Source of the DNA: the human T2T-CHM13v2.0 reference genome, Homo sapiens
Length of the DNA stretch: 64,000 bases
Strand: one strand, 5' to 3'
Assembly: GCF_009914755.1 (NCBI RefSeq)
Contig: NC_060931.1
Of this stretch, positions 42,432 to 58,286 are shown piece by piece; positions within the stretch are counted from its first letter, which is position 1; each line of letters opens with the position of its first letter. Made by a program: the position numbers and the translations under genes. Below the pieces are notes generated by a model that made no database searches, was not told the origin of the DNA, and was given only the letters and a program-made list of their open reading frames with translations.

Positions 42432-43639
42432 TCAATCTATTTCATCTATACTTTGTTCTATATCTGTTTCAGGTGTCCAAAATATATTCCCTAAGTTCTC
42501 ATTGTATCAAAAAACATGTAATACAAGAGGTATTTCCACTGTTTTCTGAAGTCAGCAAAATTTCTTCTACAAAGAGGGGCCAATATGAGACCCTAGTTAT
42601 AACATAATTCTAAGGGAAAGTTCAATGTCTAACAGTAATTGGAGCTACAAAGTACTAAGATAAGATTGAGACTGCCTACAAGAAAACCTGGCTCCAGGCT
42701 TATAAATGAAAAGGACCTTTGAGATCATGCTTATATAGAGAAAAGAGAGTTGAACATTTCTCAACTTGGCAAGAAGCCTTCTAATACACATGAATCTTTA
42801 AAGAACATTATGACGCAGTTGATTTGTAAGCCCTTTAAGAAAAGGACCTATGTCTTTCTCACCGTGCTATCTCCAAACTTTTTACACTGCTTGACACAGA
42901 AGGTGCTCAAAAAATATTGACTAAAAACAATAAAATAATGGAAACATTTTTGTCTCTCAGGAAACGTATTTTTAAAATGTTATACTGTAAAGCTGGCACT
43001 TAAAAAATGACTTCTCTTATAAACATCAAGTGAAACCCTTCATACACAGTATCACGGAATTAGGAAGTATAGCAGATTTATAAACTCACTTAAAATATTA
43101 AGCTCTTGAGACTTTAGCATAAATTCCTTGAATTCCTGTGATACTGTGATTACTAAAACAAAACAAAAATTGTAAGGTTATAAAATTTCATAAGAAGGAT
43201 TCCACACACATATAATGTGATTATGAAAAATGATGGTTCAATGCTAGCTATTTGAGATTCATTCACTTTACTTACGCTAAAAGAAAAGGTTGTGAATATT
43301 TCCATTCAGACTTCTTTTTACTACTTTCAAATGTTTGTTTTATATTTGTTATGACATAACATTTAATGTAAGAGAGATTTAGAATGCTTGGAATATTCCT
43401 TTACAAATGGTAAGTTTTGAAACTAATGATCTGTTAAACAGAAAAACACTCAGTCTGAAATTTAAAGCTGTTGCTAGGAGGAATGTTCATTGAGACCCCT
43501 AACAGAACATGCAAATGAGGACTCAGTGTCCTATAAGTTAGTAGTATTTCCATGAAACACACTTAGGCTTCCCAGTTTCTAGAAAAGCCTCTTATCCCCT
43601 TGAAAAAAAGGAGGAAAGTATAAATGCAAGACACAGCCA

Positions 43640-43850
43640 CTAAGAGCTGAAGCTCTAAAGCAGAGAGGTCTGGCTTCAGTCACTCTCTAGCTCTGTTATC
43701 TCTGTACTCAACGCTTCTCATTTAACAAATAAGAATAATTGTAATAATTATTCCATAAGATTGTTGAGGTGATTACATTCAAACTTGCATATAGAGTGCT
43801 TTAGCAGAGTGACAAGCACTCAATACATAGTTACTACTATGGTTATTATT
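43640..43850. mobile_element. MIR
   Basis: gcttctcatttaacaaataagaataat...gattgttgaggtgatta...aagcactcaata. Confidence 0.6.
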
Positions 43851-45334
43851 AATAAACATGTCATTGATTAATCATAACCTATAGATACACATTTTCCATC
43901 ACCCACAGAAATGTCTATGTGTAAATATAGGTACATGTGCATGTATGTTTCAAGAAACAATAATTATCCTAACTCCTGATACACTGTCTTTTAGTCTTCA
44001 ATTTCCATTTTTTGTAAATACTGGGCTTACCTCATTAAACTGTTTTCATAACTCATTAGTAGGTAACAATTCATAGATCCAAAATAGAGTCAGGAAATCA
44101 CATTCTTACTTCTGAAGAAAGGATAGGTAATATTTGTATTAATAATTACAACTAATTGATACCATCTTAGATATATTTCTGAATTGTGATCTTTCAATTC
44201 TTTACACATTTGTTATTACTCTTTATTTCAGTTTCATGAAGAAATCAGGCATGGCCACTAAGTGCCATGCAATGAAAAATTGTTACTAATAATTATTGTA
44301 ATAGCTATGCATTATTAATATTTATAGAAAAGAAATAATGTGAAAAGCCTTAAATAATTATAACCATTTTTATAACAATTAGTCAGAAAAATAATTATTT
44401 ACTATCAATTTTGGAAGAAGAGGTCAGAACAAATGATAAAGCATCTGCATGTATATGAGAGAGCATATGTGAACAGTTAGTGACAGAGGAAAAAGCGACA
44501 GAGAAGTAGACAAAATATATAAGCATAAAAAAAAATGAATGAGAAGGAGGAGAGAAGGAAGGAAAGAAGAAAGGAGAAGAAAAGAGAGAAACCACACTAA
44601 GAAAAAGATGGTTACAAATGAGAGAAAATTGGAAAATGAAGAATATGGTAACAGACGTTTTTAGGTAAGGAGAAAGACTCTCGTTAGATAATGTTCTTTT
44701 TAGTAAGGCAGTGACAAAGTCTTTTGTCAGGCAGTTTACAAGCTTTAAAGCAAGACACTTATTTGGAAACTAAGACCAATAATGAAACACTTCATTCTCT
44801 CTAATAGATTCCTCAAAGTTCACCCTATTTATAGCTGTTATAGAAAATATACAATATATACAATTCAGGTGCATATGATGATATAGAAGAGAATTTAGTT
44901 GTCATTAAATATCAAATCTATATACCCTCGGTTGGCAGCATAGCATGACTTCCACTAGCTGACTTGGTAAGCCTGTTCACGAATGAGAGATGGTAAGGAA
45001 AGTAAAGGGATAATTCAGGCTGACTATTCAGATGCTAGAAAAGATAGAGAAGTGAGAGGGTAGGGAATTACCATAGGATAAATATTATCACTAAAATCAG
45101 GGTCAGAATAAAAGCAGATAGCAACCAATATACTATGAAAATTGGTATAGACTAAATATCTGAATGCAGTAATAAAAATTAGGAGCAGAATCAGTAAGTA
45201 TGGAAGAACAGGAGATGATGATCTACCAGCCAAAGAGAGAAATGTATGATCCTGAAACACTGAAGGTGGAACAGTTTTCCAGGAAGATATCCAAATTCCA
45301 CATAGGAGGTACTGGCTGGTAGCTAAAATGGACT

Positions 45335-45416
45335 AGGGGATCAGGAAACTATGGACTATGTGCCAAAATCCACTCCTGTACCTATTTTTGCAAATAAAAT
45401 GCTTTTAGAACACAGC
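45335..45416 (+). mobile_element. MER58A, left part
   Basis: ggggatcaggaaactatgg...tttttgcaaataaaatgcttttagaacacagc. Confidence 0.75.
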
Positions 45417-48400
45417 ATCTTTTGTTTCCTGACTTTTTAATGATTGCCATTTTAACTGGTGTGAGATGGTTTCTCATTGTGGTTTTGATTTCATTTCTCT
45501 AATGACCAGTGATGATGAATTTTTTCATATATTTGTTGGCTGCATAAATGTCTTCTTTTGAGAAGTGTCTGTTCATATCCGTCACCCACATTTTGATCGG
45601 GTTGTTTTTTTCTTTTTAATTTAAGTTCCTTGTAGATTCTGGATATTAGCCCTTTGTCAGATGGATAGATTGCAAAAATTTTCTCCCATTCTGTAGGTTG
45701 CCTGTTCACTCTGACAGTTTCCTTTGTTGTGCAAAAGCTCTTTGGTTTAATTAGATCCCATTTGTCAATTTTGGCTTTTCTTGCCATTGCTTTTGCTGTT
45801 TTAGTCATGAAGTCTTTGCCCAGGCCTATGTCCCGAATGGTATTGCCTAAGTTTTCTTCTAGGGTTTCTATGATTTTAGGTCTAACATTTAAGTCTTTAA
45901 TCCATCTTGAGTTAATTTTTGTATAATGTGTAAGGAAGGGGTCCAGTTTCAGTTTTCTGCCATATGGTTAGCCAGTTTTCCCAATACCATTTATTAAACA
46001 GGGAATCCTTTCCCCATTGCTTGTTTTTGTCAGGTTTGTCAAAGATCAGATGGTTGTACATGTGTGGCGTTATTTCTGAAGCCTCTGTTCTGTTCTCTTG
46101 GTCTATATCTCTTTTTTGGTACCATTACCATCCTGTTTTGGTTACCATAGCCTTGTAGTATAGTTTGAAATCAGGCAGTGTGATGCCTCCAGCTTTGTTC
46201 CTTTTGCTTAGGATTGTCTTGGCTATACAAGCTTTTTTAGTTCCATATAAAATTTAAAGTAGTTTTTTTTTCTAATTCTGTGAAGAAAGTCAATGGCAGC
46301 TTGCTGGGGATAACACTGAATCTATAAATTACTTTGGGCAGTATGGCCATTTTCACGATATTGATTCTTCCTATCCATGAGCATGGAATGTTTTTCCATT
46401 TGTTTCTCTTTGATTTCCTTGAGCAGTGGTTTGTAGTTCCCCTTGAAGCGGTCCTTCAAATTCCTTCTAAGTTGTACTCCTAGGTATTTTATTCTCTTTG
46501 TAGCAATTGTGAATGGGAGTTCACTCATGGTTTGGCTATTATCAGTGCATAGGGATGCTTGTGATTTTTGCACATTGATTTTGTATCCTGAGACTTTGCT
46601 GAAGTTACTTATCAACTTAAGGAGATTTTTGGGCTAAGACGACGAGGTTTTCTAAATATACAATCATTTCATCTGCAAACAGACAATTTGACTTCCTCTC
46701 TTCCTATGTGAATAGTCTTTATTTCTTTCTCTTGCCTGATTGCCCTGGCCAGAACTTCCAATGCTATGTTGAACAGGAGTGGTGAGAGTGGGCATCCTTG
46801 TCTTTTGCCAGTTTTCAAAGGGAATGCTTCCAGCTTTTGCCCATTCAGTATGATATCGGCTGTGGGTCTGTCATAAATAGCTATTATTTTGAGATACGTT
46901 CCATCAATACCTAGTTTGTTGAGAGTTTTTAGCATGAAGGGCTGTTGAATTTTGTCAAAGGCCTTTTCTGCATCTATTGAGATAATCATATGGCTTTTGT
47001 CATTGGTTCTGTTTATGTGATGGATTACGTTTATTGATTTTTGTCTGCTGAACCAGCCTTAGATCCCAGGGATAAAGCCGACTTGATCGTGGTGGATAAG
47101 CTTTTTGATGTGCTGCTGGATTCAGTTTGCCAGTATTTTATTGAGGATTTTTGCACTGATGTTCATCAGGAATACTGGCCTGAAATTTTCTTTTTTTGTT
47201 GTGTCTCTGCCAGGTTTTTGTATCAGAATGATGCTGCCCTCATAAAATGATTTAGGGAGGAGTCCCTCTTTTTCTATTGTTTGGAATAGTTTCAAAAGGA
47301 ATGGTACCAGCTCCTCTTTGTACCTCTGGTAGAATTCGGCTGTGAATCCATCTGGTCCTGGACTTACTTTGGTTGGTAGGCTATTAATTACTGCCTCAAT
47401 TTCAGAACTTGTTATTGGTCTATTCAGGGATTCGACTTCTTCCTGGTTTAGTCTTGGGAGGGTGTATGTGTCCAGGAATTTATCCTTTTCTTCTTGATTT
47501 TCTAGTTTATTTGCATAGAGGTGTTTACAGTATTCTCTGATGGTAGTTTCTATTTCTGTGGGATCAGCGGTGATATCCCCTTTATCATGTTTTATTGGGT
47601 CTATTTGATTCTTCTCTCTTTTCGTCTTTGTTACTCTGGCTAGTGATCTATTTTATTAATCTTTTCAAAAAACCAGCTCCTGTATTCACTGATTTTTTGA
47701 AGGGTTTTTTTGTGTCGCTATCTCCTTCAGTTCTGCTCTGATCTTAGTTATTTCTTTTCTTCTGCACTAGCTTTTGAATTTGTTTGCTCTTGCTTCTCTA
47801 GTTCTTTTAATTGTGATGTTAGGGTGTCGATTTTAGATGTTTCCTGCTTTCTTCTGTGGGCATTTAGTGCTATAAATTTCCCTCTAAACACTGCTTTAGC
47901 TGTGTCCCAGAGATTCTGGTATGTTGTGTCTTTGTTCTCATTGGTTTCAAATAACTTTTTTATTTCTGCCTTAATTTCATTATTTACCAGTCATTCAGGA
48001 GTAGGTTATTCAGTTTCCATGTAGTTGTGCAGCTTTGAGTGAGTTTCTTGATCCTGAGTTCTAATTTGATAGAACTGTGGTCTGAGAGACTGTTTATTAT
48101 TTCTGTTCTTTTGCGTTTGCTGAGGAGCGTTTTACTTCCAATTATACGGTCAGTTTTAGAGTAAGTATGATGTGGCACTGAGAAGAATGTATATTCTGTT
48201 GATTAGAGATGGAGGGTTCTGTAGATGTCTATTAGGTCTGCTTGGTCCAGAGTTGAGTTCAAGTCCTGAATATGCTTGTTAATTTTCTGTCTCATTGATC
48301 TGTCTAATGTTGACAGTGGGGTGTTAAAGTCTCCCACTATTATTGTGTGGGAGTGTAAGTCTCTTTGGAGGTCTCCAAGAACAGGCTTTATAAATCTGGG

Positions 48401-48922
48401 TGCTCCTGTATTGGGGGTATATATATTTAGGATAGTTAGTTCTTCTTGTTATGTTGATCCCTTTACCATTATCTAATGCCCTCCTTTGTTTATTTTAATC
48501 TTTGTTGGTTCAAAGTCTGTTTGATCACAGACAAGGATTGCAATCCCTGCTTTTTTTTCTTCTTCCATTTGCTTGGTAAATATTCCTCCATACCTTTATT
48601 TTGAGCCTATGTGTGTCTCTGCAAGTGAGATGGGTCTCCTGAATACAGCACACTGATGGGTCTTGACTCTTTATCCAATTTGCCAGTCTGTATCTTTTAA
48701 TTGGGGCATTTAGCCCATTTACATTTAAGGTTAATATTGTTATGTGTGAATTTGATCCTGTCACTATGATGCTAGCTGGTTATTTTGCCCATTACTTGAT
48801 GCAGTTTCTTCATAGTGTCAATGGTCTTTATATTTTGGTATGTTTTTGCAGTGGCTGGTACCGGCTTTTCCTTTCCATATTTAGTGCTTCCTTCAGGAGC
48901 TCTTGTAAGGCAGGCCTGGTGG
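45413..48922 (-). mobile_element. L1PA internal fragment (ORF1 end to near ORF2 end), no 3' UTR or poly(A)
   Basis: ORF2 start MTGSNSHITILTLNVNGLN (48525-48764), RT segment [17 protein letters not shown] (46669-46989) and ORF1 end TRPALQELLKEALNMER. Many frameshifts. Confidence 0.95.
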
Positions 48923-49046
48923 GATTTGGTACAGCTGATTTTGCACTATAACAGCAGAGTTGAAGAGTTGTGACAGAGACCACATGGCCTGCAGGGCCTA
49001 AAATATCTACTATCTGGCTCTTCACAGAAAAACTTTGCCTCCCTCC
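48923..49046 (+). mobile_element. MER58A, right part
   Basis: cagcagagttgaagagttgtgacagagaccacatggcctgc...aaaatatctactatctggctcttcacagaaaaactttgcc. Confidence 0.8.
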
Positions 49047-49149
49047 TTGTCTATGAGCTGAGGGCATAATCATGTAAGCCTTAACACTAACATTCAAGTC
49101 ACCAAACATACATATGCCTGGCACATACTACACAAATATTTACACTGTT

Positions 49150-49375
49150 TGAATTATCTGCTTGAGTTTAATTCCCAGCTTTTCCATTTACTAGAACTGT
49201 GAATGAAAACTGGCCATTCAATCTTACAGTGCCTCAGTCTACTCATCTGTAGAATGAGGATGATAATGGTATTGATCTCACAAGAGTGACAAAGGATTAA
49301 GTTAGTTAATCATGCAAAGCTCTTAGAGCACTACTTGGCACATGATAATTACTATCTGTGTGCTGGCTACTGTTA
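49150..49375. mobile_element. MIR
   Basis: gtgcctcagtctactcatctgtagaatgaggatgataat. Confidence 0.7.
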
Positions 49376-50600
49376 AATATAGTAGGTTCATAATAGTCAT
49401 TAGTCGAATGCTGGATGAATTAACTAATGAATTAATATATTTGAGAGATAAATTCTAAGACAGTAATTTACTGAAAAACATGGTGGTAGTTAATGGTAAG
49501 AAGCTTGTAGATGAAGTAAATTCAAAAAAGAAGATATATCATTTAATTGTGATAGAGGAATATGACCAGAAGTGGCACTAAACACAAAGATTAAGTCATT
49601 CCATCTCGTCTGAGTGAATCCTGGGAAAGAAGGTAGCACAGGGCTTCTTAAAAATCTCACAATATTTGTATGACAATACCTAAATTGATTAAATATTGAT
49701 TTCAATAGAAATGGGCCATCATTTGGGGGATGGGAATAGAATTTACCTCTGGCCTCATATAAAGAAATATGTATTTTCATCTGTACCACCCATATATTAA
49801 AATGTCTTATATATTTAAATAATCTTTCTGCAGTCCCCCATATATTTTTGTGTGACTGAGATACATCGTTTCTGACAGCCTTATTTACAGAAACTACAGC
49901 TTGTACATAACTGTTTTGTTCAATGGACCTGAACCAAGTATGCAAATTGCTCATCAGATCTTTGGCTCAATGTTCACTTAAATGTGCTCAAAGCATAAGT
50001 TCTATGAAACACTAAACACAGAAACAGACACAAATAATGTCAATTTGGTACTTTAATACAACTATAATAGCTGAACTATTACAGAATTCCAATTCTAATG
50101 ACTAAAGCTACTCAATACCAGAACAGATGCCTCCGAGATCATCCTAACTGAAATTCAGATACCCTTTTAAAGCCCAGCATTTTCCAGGTGAAGTGACCTC
50201 CTGCATCTCTGCCTGGGTGCATTTAAATGATAAAAACGTACATGGTAGTCTGCCTGTTCATGTACTCGTAATGAGCAAATCCCTAACAGCTACATTCGTG
50301 ACAACTACTTAGATAACAAAGAAGCTTTACCTAAAGGTATCACTATTTTACTTCCACAGAGATTCTGCCACTAGATATGCCAGAGTGCACACTATTCAGT
50401 TCTTTTAAACATGTTCAAAAATAGAATATGTCTTCTCCCCACAGTTCCTCTTCTACCAGCATAAACAAGTGTTTCAGCCCATGGTTTCTCCCATGTCACC
50501 CCATTCAATTTGTTCCAAACATCACCTGTAAACTCTGAACATAGAAAGAACGTAGACCAGACTTTCAAATGTGTCTCCCAGTGAATTGGAGGAGAGCATG

Positions 50601-52362
<1,762 letters not shown>

Positions 52363-53715
52363 GGAGGAGAGCATGTTATATCCCCTCATGATCTTTTCTG
52401 TGCCATGGACGTTTCTTTCCATGGACCCCAAAGCAGCTATCACTGTAAAACTGAGAGCTCAAAAGTCTCAGTTGCCCCCAAGAACTAGGACTATTAAAAA
52501 AGTTCAAGTTATTTTTTAATGTATAATCACACACAAATGCTCAGTGTAAACGTTCTTTAATTTACCTATATTCAATTAAATGGCATGATCTTAAAAATAA
52601 GATTCTAGAAGGAATCAATCTTGGAACAAATTATTACAAAAGAGAAGCAACATGGAATGACAATTTAAATATATATAGGAGGAACAATAATATACATCTA
52701 ACATATAACATTATGTAGAGCTTATAGTAGGGCAGGGCAAAAATATCTGTTTCTGTGTATTACTATACACTACGCAATGTGGGAAAAAACGAAGGTGAAC
52801 CCCACCATGTTTCTCTGGCTGTTTTCCCAAGCCTACATTTTCAGATGTCTTTAAAACTAACTGATTAAATGTATATTACAAGTGAAATAGAAAGAAAAAA
52901 AAAAAGAAACACCACCAAGGAGAAAAGACCTTAATTACTGCATAACAAATATATTACCAGGAAAGTAAATATTTGTTAAAAATGAAGATGTCTGTGTTTC
53001 AGTAAAGGGCATTTGAGACCCAAGCATTTTGATTGGGAGAATGATACCACACCTTCTAAAGAACTGGGCACCAACAACTATAAGAAAATAAATGCAAAAT
53101 GTTGACTTCACCTCTAGTAAATTGTCTGTTTTGAAGTTCCACTTATATTTTCTAGTTTTATGTAATAGCCTACCACCTGGTTAGTATAAAAATAGAATTC
53201 TTTGTGTTTTTTTAAATTTTAATTTCTTTCACTAAAGGTACAGCATCACAAAGATACTACTTAGCCTCTCTAGCAAGGATAATTATTAGCAATGAGTTTA
53301 AACTCCTCAAATTATCCACACACCAGGCCCACTTCACTGAAGCAAACAAAAGATAAAACTGTGTGTCTGTTTGTGTTTGTGTATCTGTGTGTGTATACAC
53401 ATGCAAGTGAATTAAACATGGAGCAAACAATCAAAAAACATACATAAAATGTTGAATGTTAAAAAAGAAAACATAAGTAGCCATACAAACTTGGCAGTCA
53501 TTTTCTGGATACATTAAAAATTGACATACAAATTGGACAGAGATCTAAATGGCATAAAGAATGAAGTAAAACAGGCAGTTGAAATGCCTATACTAACTGC
53601 CATGAAGCACACAGAGTCACATGGTCTTACAATCACCAATTCAGGGGCATCTTTCTATTTAGTAGTAGGATTTCACTTATTACCCTGTTAGAAATTACAT
53701 TTAAAAATCATTTCA

Positions 53716-54124
<409 letters not shown>

Positions 54125-54256
54125 TTAATGGGGACTGACATTTTTAAACCAAACTGTGAGGTTTTAACTTTTAAAAATGCACACATGGTTCTATAATTAA
54201 AGATGAAAAATCTAAGGAAAAACTAAAGAATTTACATTTATGAAAATAAGGTTAAT

Positions 54257-54555
54257 GGCTGGGCACAGTGGCTCATTCCTATCATCTCAGCACTCTGGGA
54301 AGCCGAGGCAGGAGGATCACTTGAGGCCACAAGTTTGAGACCAGCCTGGACAACATAGGGAGACCCCACCTCTACAAAAAATAAAAAATTAGCTGGGTAT
54401 GTGGTGCACGCCTGTAGTCCTAGCTACTCAGGAGGCTGAGGTGGGAGGAGTGCTTGAGCTCATGACGTCATGACTGCAGTGAGCTGTGATCATGCCACTG
54501 TACTCCAGCCTAGGTCACAGAGTGAGACCGTGTCTCAAAAATAAATAAATAAATA
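54257..54555 (+). mobile_element. AluJ
   Basis: J-type caacatagggagaccccacctctacaaaaaat; (TAAA)n tail. Confidence 0.9.
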
Positions 54556-55793
54556 AGTTAATCTACAGTTCTCATAAACAAGTTATTTAACAAAAAGGAC
54601 CCAATATATGACTAATCTCTTTAGACAATAATGTCAGAAGACAATGGTACTGCTAACTTATATATCCTTCTATAATTAAAAGAGGCACCCTACCATAATA
54701 TCTTAATAGACAAAGAAGATATATTCGAATGCTACATTTACTGGCATCTTAACTGTCAAAGGCATGAAACCAAAAAGGCAAAAAAAAAAAAAATACATTT
54801 TTGCACATGCACTATAACGAAAGAAGGAGAGAGTAATGAAAATATCAGTTCTGATTGGGTGTACCAGGAAATATCAAATAAGTACAGAGGAGTCATAGAG
54901 CAGAGAAAAAAAATGTGAGTGACAAAGCTCAAGTTTAGCAGAATTAGAAAAGGGACTCAACTGAGACTGAAGACCAAAGAGGAATCTGGGGAAAAAGAGA
55001 GAAAGAGAGTGCATGAGGAGGCGCAAGCATGTGCCTGCAGCCTGCTAACTGGTCCACATCAGCGCAAGAGGATTTCCAGGACCTGTCTTTGGCTGCATCA
55101 AAGACAGGCAGTGACCTTCCCCAATTGTCAGGATGACCCACAACGGCTACCAGGCCAGTCTCACAAGAACTAAGAAAACACCATCAGCTAAGCACTTTGC
55201 ATCCATTTTCAAGAAGTTCATCCTCAAGGAAAGATAAGGTGACATTTGAGAAAATCTATCTCTACCTGGGGAAGCTAAGGAAGTTTTCAGAAGAGGTGGC
55301 ATTTGAGTTGGACCTTAAAGGATGGGTGAAAGTCTGCAATATAAATAAGTAAAAGTCTATTTTCCGCAGGAAAAAAGTAAATGGCAGTTCTATTTAGATT
55401 AATCATTAAATACACAGGAAGAGGTAGCCATAGAGATGAGGCCAAAGGAAAAAATTATGTTGGATATACATTCTTGGGGGGACTGGCCCTTCCAGGGTCA
55501 GCTTAAAGAAATCACCTTAAGGTGATTTCAAAATTTCAAAGTTATCATCAAAAAACATGTTTCCCTTAAAATTCCTCTAACAGGAATAGTGCATACAATA
55601 GATGAAACAGGATTAAAATAGCAACTGATACCAAGCACATTAAAGCATAACTATCTATTCAACCAATCTACACGTAAAAGTGACAGGTATCTGATTTCTC
55701 TATTTTAATGAGAAAAAAACACAGAAGACACCAAAACTGAGATAAATAGGTCCCACTAAATAGAGAAATAAGAATGAAAAAGGAAAGATAAAG

Positions 55794-55875
55794 GAAAACT
55801 TTAATATAAAGTTTATAGGATAGAAAACTTTAATATAAAGTTTATAGGATAGAAAACTTTATATAATATAAAGTT
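55794..55875. repeat. 29-bp tandem repeat (~2.7 copies)
   Basis: gaaaactttaatataaagtttataggata x2 plus a partial copy. Confidence 0.92.
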
Positions 55876-56946
55876 GGTTGTGTTTAACTTAAAATAATCA
55901 AGTGAAAACCTCAAGGCTTACATAAAAGCCTGGGGTACATAATTTAAGAAGGAAAGAGTTTGTCACAAAAAAACTACAATTGAAATAAGGTGCTTTATAG
56001 CAGATTTCTACCTCATTTAAAACAAACCTAATGCCAATACTAATCACTAGCACAAGATTAGCATAATTATTATGGCAAGTCTATTTAGTCTATTACAAAC
56101 TAGGTAGAGTGTTTTCATTTTAAAGAAAAGCAAATAGAAATGAACGAGTAGAGTCAATTAACCAACTATTACAAAAATATCAATTCTTAAGAAGCAGGGG
56201 CATGGCTAGTTCATTCTAAGCACTTGCGGCTTGGACAGACAGAGCTTCGGACATGCCGTCACAGGAACAGGCTGCACTTAACAGACTCCACCTCTCAATT
56301 CTAGCCACTATCATGTCCCTGGCAACCAGCCCAATGCCTGACACAGAAGGGCCTCAACTAGTGTCAGTCAATAACAAATGGAACATAACTAATGCTATAA
56401 AACCAAAGACCTTGCTTATACTTTAATTCACGAATGCTACTTGTGCCTCTTTTTAATCTGTAAGACCTGCCTGATATGTCAAATATTTTATGACTTCAGT
56501 GTCAATGAAAATAAGTACACTGCCCATACCCTGGGGTGATCTTAAGGATGATAGTAAAAGAATCTGATCATCTAGCCATAATCTAATTAACATGATCACC
56601 ACTGTGCTGTAAATCATGTGGAAAAAGTGGAGAAAGGCTGTGAATACATGCTAACAATGAGGATATGTGTTAAGCTGAACTCCTAGAAACTTCATACACA
56701 CTCAATATAACCTTATTCCAATATGTCTGTTTTTCATGATGTTTTGTAGCACAGAGATCTCCACTACTAACTTTGAGAACACTGTTAGCACTGTGACTCC
56801 AGTCGAGAATAACTAACCTACAAGAAATAGGCAGAGCCCTTCTAACATACATATCCCTACTTTTGCACTTATCACATATTTCAGGTAGAGAAAGACACTT
56901 CCTGAAATAAAGCCTGACTCAAAATATTTTTTAAAAACATGTTAGT

Positions 56947-57250
<304 letters not shown>

Positions 57251-57562
57251 TTAGTAAACCTAAGACCAATAGCAAGTCACAAATAGCAATAACCTCTGAT
57301 ATTACAGAAAAGTTAGATATTAACTCTACTTCTATCTACCCATTTTTCTATTTACCCATCTACCTACCTAAGTGCTTACTTTATCATCAAACCAAACGTA
57401 GAAAATGCTGGAACAGGTAGAGAGATATGCTCCAAGACTTCTAACCAAGAAAATCACTAAACTTCATGATGTATAAAAGAGAAAATACATTAAAACCTCC
57501 ATAATTTTAATCTCTCTTGAACTCCCTCCTTAGGCATTTAAGCTAAATCTCATAACTGACAT

Positions 57563-58286
57563 TGTCAGAGTAGGTAGTTAGGCAGACATGAGCACAGCAG
57601 GAGAACTCCCCTCCCCAGGAATGTCAGGGGACCATAGGTGATGGTCAGGCAGTTGTTAAACTGTTTCTCTAAAATAATTTGTGGCAGCCAGCACCAGGGA
57701 AAGGCAACCTCCCAATAGATAGAAAACACCTGGAGCTGGTGATCAGCTGCTTCCTTATAAGGTCTCTGGAGTTGGGCAAGTAGGCTCAGCATGCACACTG
57801 CAAGAGGCAAAATGGTGGCGTTTAACTGGTATATGATCTTCCTCTGGGAATACTTGACTGGTAAAGGAAAAATGGCTCAAATGAGCATGCACACAACTTT
57901 AGTAAACACACTGAGCATGTGGCCCCTCCCAAGTGCTGGCTGGCCACTGGGCCACTGGGCTACTGTAATGCAGACAGCCCACCCTAAAGGAAGAATCAGG
58001 GGAGAAGAAACACAAACCCTGAACTATGGCCATGTATAAAACCCCAAATCAAGGTCCAAACAGGGCACTCAAATCTCTCAAGTCACCCGCTTGGCCCTCT
58101 TCCAGGTGTACTTTGCTTCCTTTCGCTCCTGCTCTAACACTTTTTAATAAACTCTCACTCCGGCTCTAAAACTTGCCTCAGTCTCTCCCTTTACCTTAAA
58201 CCTACTTCTGCCCTCAGCTGAATTATATCCCTGAGCAGGCAAGGATGGGGTTGCTGCAGGCCCGTATGGATTCGCTGCTGGTAAAA
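57563..58286 (+). mobile_element. MER50 solo LTR (ERV1)
   Basis: Starts tgtcagagtaggtagttaggcagacatgagc. About 720 bp, with TATAAAA near 58036 and AATAAA near 58146. Flanks acat/atat. Confidence 0.85.

Noticed and set aside
45491-48764. ORFs with endonuclease and reverse-transcriptase motifs
   Set aside because: These are frameshifted L1 ORF2 remnants, not an active or novel RT system.
56710-56817. Possible minus-strand exon after cctatttcttgtag
   Set aside because: The donor is weak (AAG|gttata), there is an immediate in-phase stop, and it does not match TPK1.
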